A stretch of 64,000 nt of DNA, taken from the NCBI GenBank assembly GCA_002269645.1, contig NIVC01003343.1, positions 1 to 64,000 on the forward strand. The letters run 5' to 3'. The translations under genes were made by a program, and so were the position numbers. The notes below the pieces were generated by a model. That model had not been told where the DNA came from. It saw only the letters and a program-made list of their open reading frames with translations, and made no database searches. The stretch's first letter is position 1. The number at the start of each line of letters is the position of its first letter. Positions 62,890 to 64,000 of the stretch are shown in pieces. The DNA is from Macrostomum lignano (Eukaryota).

Positions 62890-63170
62890 GAGGATTCCAG
62901 GGTGTTTATTCGGGAGGGTACCAGGGTGTTTATTCGGGAGGGTACCAGGGTGTTTATTCGGGAGGATTCCAGGGTGTTTATTCGAGAGGGTTCCAGGGTT
63001 TTTATTTGGGAGGGTTCCAGAGTGTTTATTCGAGAGGGTTCCAGGGTTTTTATTTGGGAGGGTTCCAGGGTGTTTATTCGAGAGGGTTCCAGGGTGTTTA
63101 TTTAGGATGGTTCCAGGGTGTTTAATCAGGATGGTTCCGGGTGTTTATCAAGAAGGTTCCTGGGTATCTT
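62890..63170. repeat. 21-bp minisatellite
   Basis: GGTTCCAGGGTGTTTATTCGG-like units (7-aa periodicity in spurious ORFs). Confidence 0.92.
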
Positions 63171-63834
63171 AGCAGGTAGATTGCGGGGTATCTAGTCTGA
63201 AATTAATCAAGCAATTAAGCATTGCGTATAAATCATATGATAATACTTTATTTCCAGTGCAGACTAGCATATTCTACTGCAACATAGGCTGTGTATATTT
63301 TAAACGTATTCAATTAATAAACTAGCTGGAACCTACCGCATGCTGAATTATATATACTTTTGAGTACGACGGCGCGTGTGCCTGAGTGTCACGGCCTGCT
63401 AGCTTATGTGCTCTGCTCTGCTCTCAATTCTTATCTCTGCCTCTGCATCGCAGCGCCTGTCCTGGGCTGCATCTCCCCCAGATCCTAGGGGTGGGGGGTG
63501 GGGTTTGAGCTTATAGACAGCTCTCTGAGTCGCTTTGGGGATTAACTCAATTTATTTATTGCTATAAGCTGGGTAGGCAAGTAGAAGCGGCTCTGTTCTG
63601 CTCTGCTTGTATAGTTAAACTGGCTCTGCAGATAGATATTTAGGCTTGTCTAGAGCTATACATACGTATTTTATTTGGCCTTTGACGTTTTCCTTTATGT
63701 CAGCTCAGTTTCTTATTATATCTCTCTTTGTCTCATATTTTTCTCTAGCCAATCTCAGCCTTCTCACCGATCTCATCCCTCGTTCAACCTCACCTCCCAA
63801 TTTCACTCTCTCACCAATCTCACCCATTAATCTA

Positions 63835-64000
63835 ATCCTCTTCAATATTACTTTCTCTCAATCTCACCATCTCTCAATCTCACCCTCCCTCAATCTCACC
63901 CTCTCTCAATCTCACCCTCCCTCAATCTCACCCTCCCTCAATCTCACCCTCTCTCAATCTCACCCTCCCTCAATCTCACCCTCCCTCAATCTCACCCTCT
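63835..64000. repeat. 16-bp pyrimidine-rich minisatellite running off the window end
   Basis: CTCAATCTCACCCTCC units. Confidence 0.9.

Overview
Eukaryotic (animal) genomic DNA with spliced genes (GT-AG introns) and very dense tandem repeats. The style suggests a free-living flatworm such as Macrostomum, but that is an inference. Genes I could rebuild by hand, left to right: the 3' part of a SIRT3-like sirtuin (+), an MsrB methionine sulfoxide reductase (+), a secreted PAN-like/LamG protein (-), a CRAL-TRIO lipid-transfer protein (-), two divergently transcribed Mx-like dynamin GTPases (- and +) flanking a secreted PAN + F-type-lectin-fold gene (+), a TAK1-like kinase broken by two frameshifts and a solo LTR (+), a decayed paralogue of the PAN/LamG gene (-), an LBR/C14-sterol-reductase gene (-) and the 5' part of a calsyntenin-like cadherin (+). 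Mobile DNA includes three solo LTRs with exact 4-bp target-site duplications (two form a 1.16-kb-arm inverted repeat), four copies of a tRNA-headed SINE with a MIR-like CORE segment, hAT-type MITEs and a LINE fragment. About 15 different mini/microsatellites are present, many in introns. The most interesting element is the Mx-like pair: both replace the dynamin G4 motif TKxD with THCD and lack the usual G5 Arg, share an almost identical P-loop tract, diverge strongly in the L4-equivalent loop, and lie among lectin- and TAK1-like genes, suggesting an innate-immunity locus. No database searches were run; family calls rest on motif recognition.
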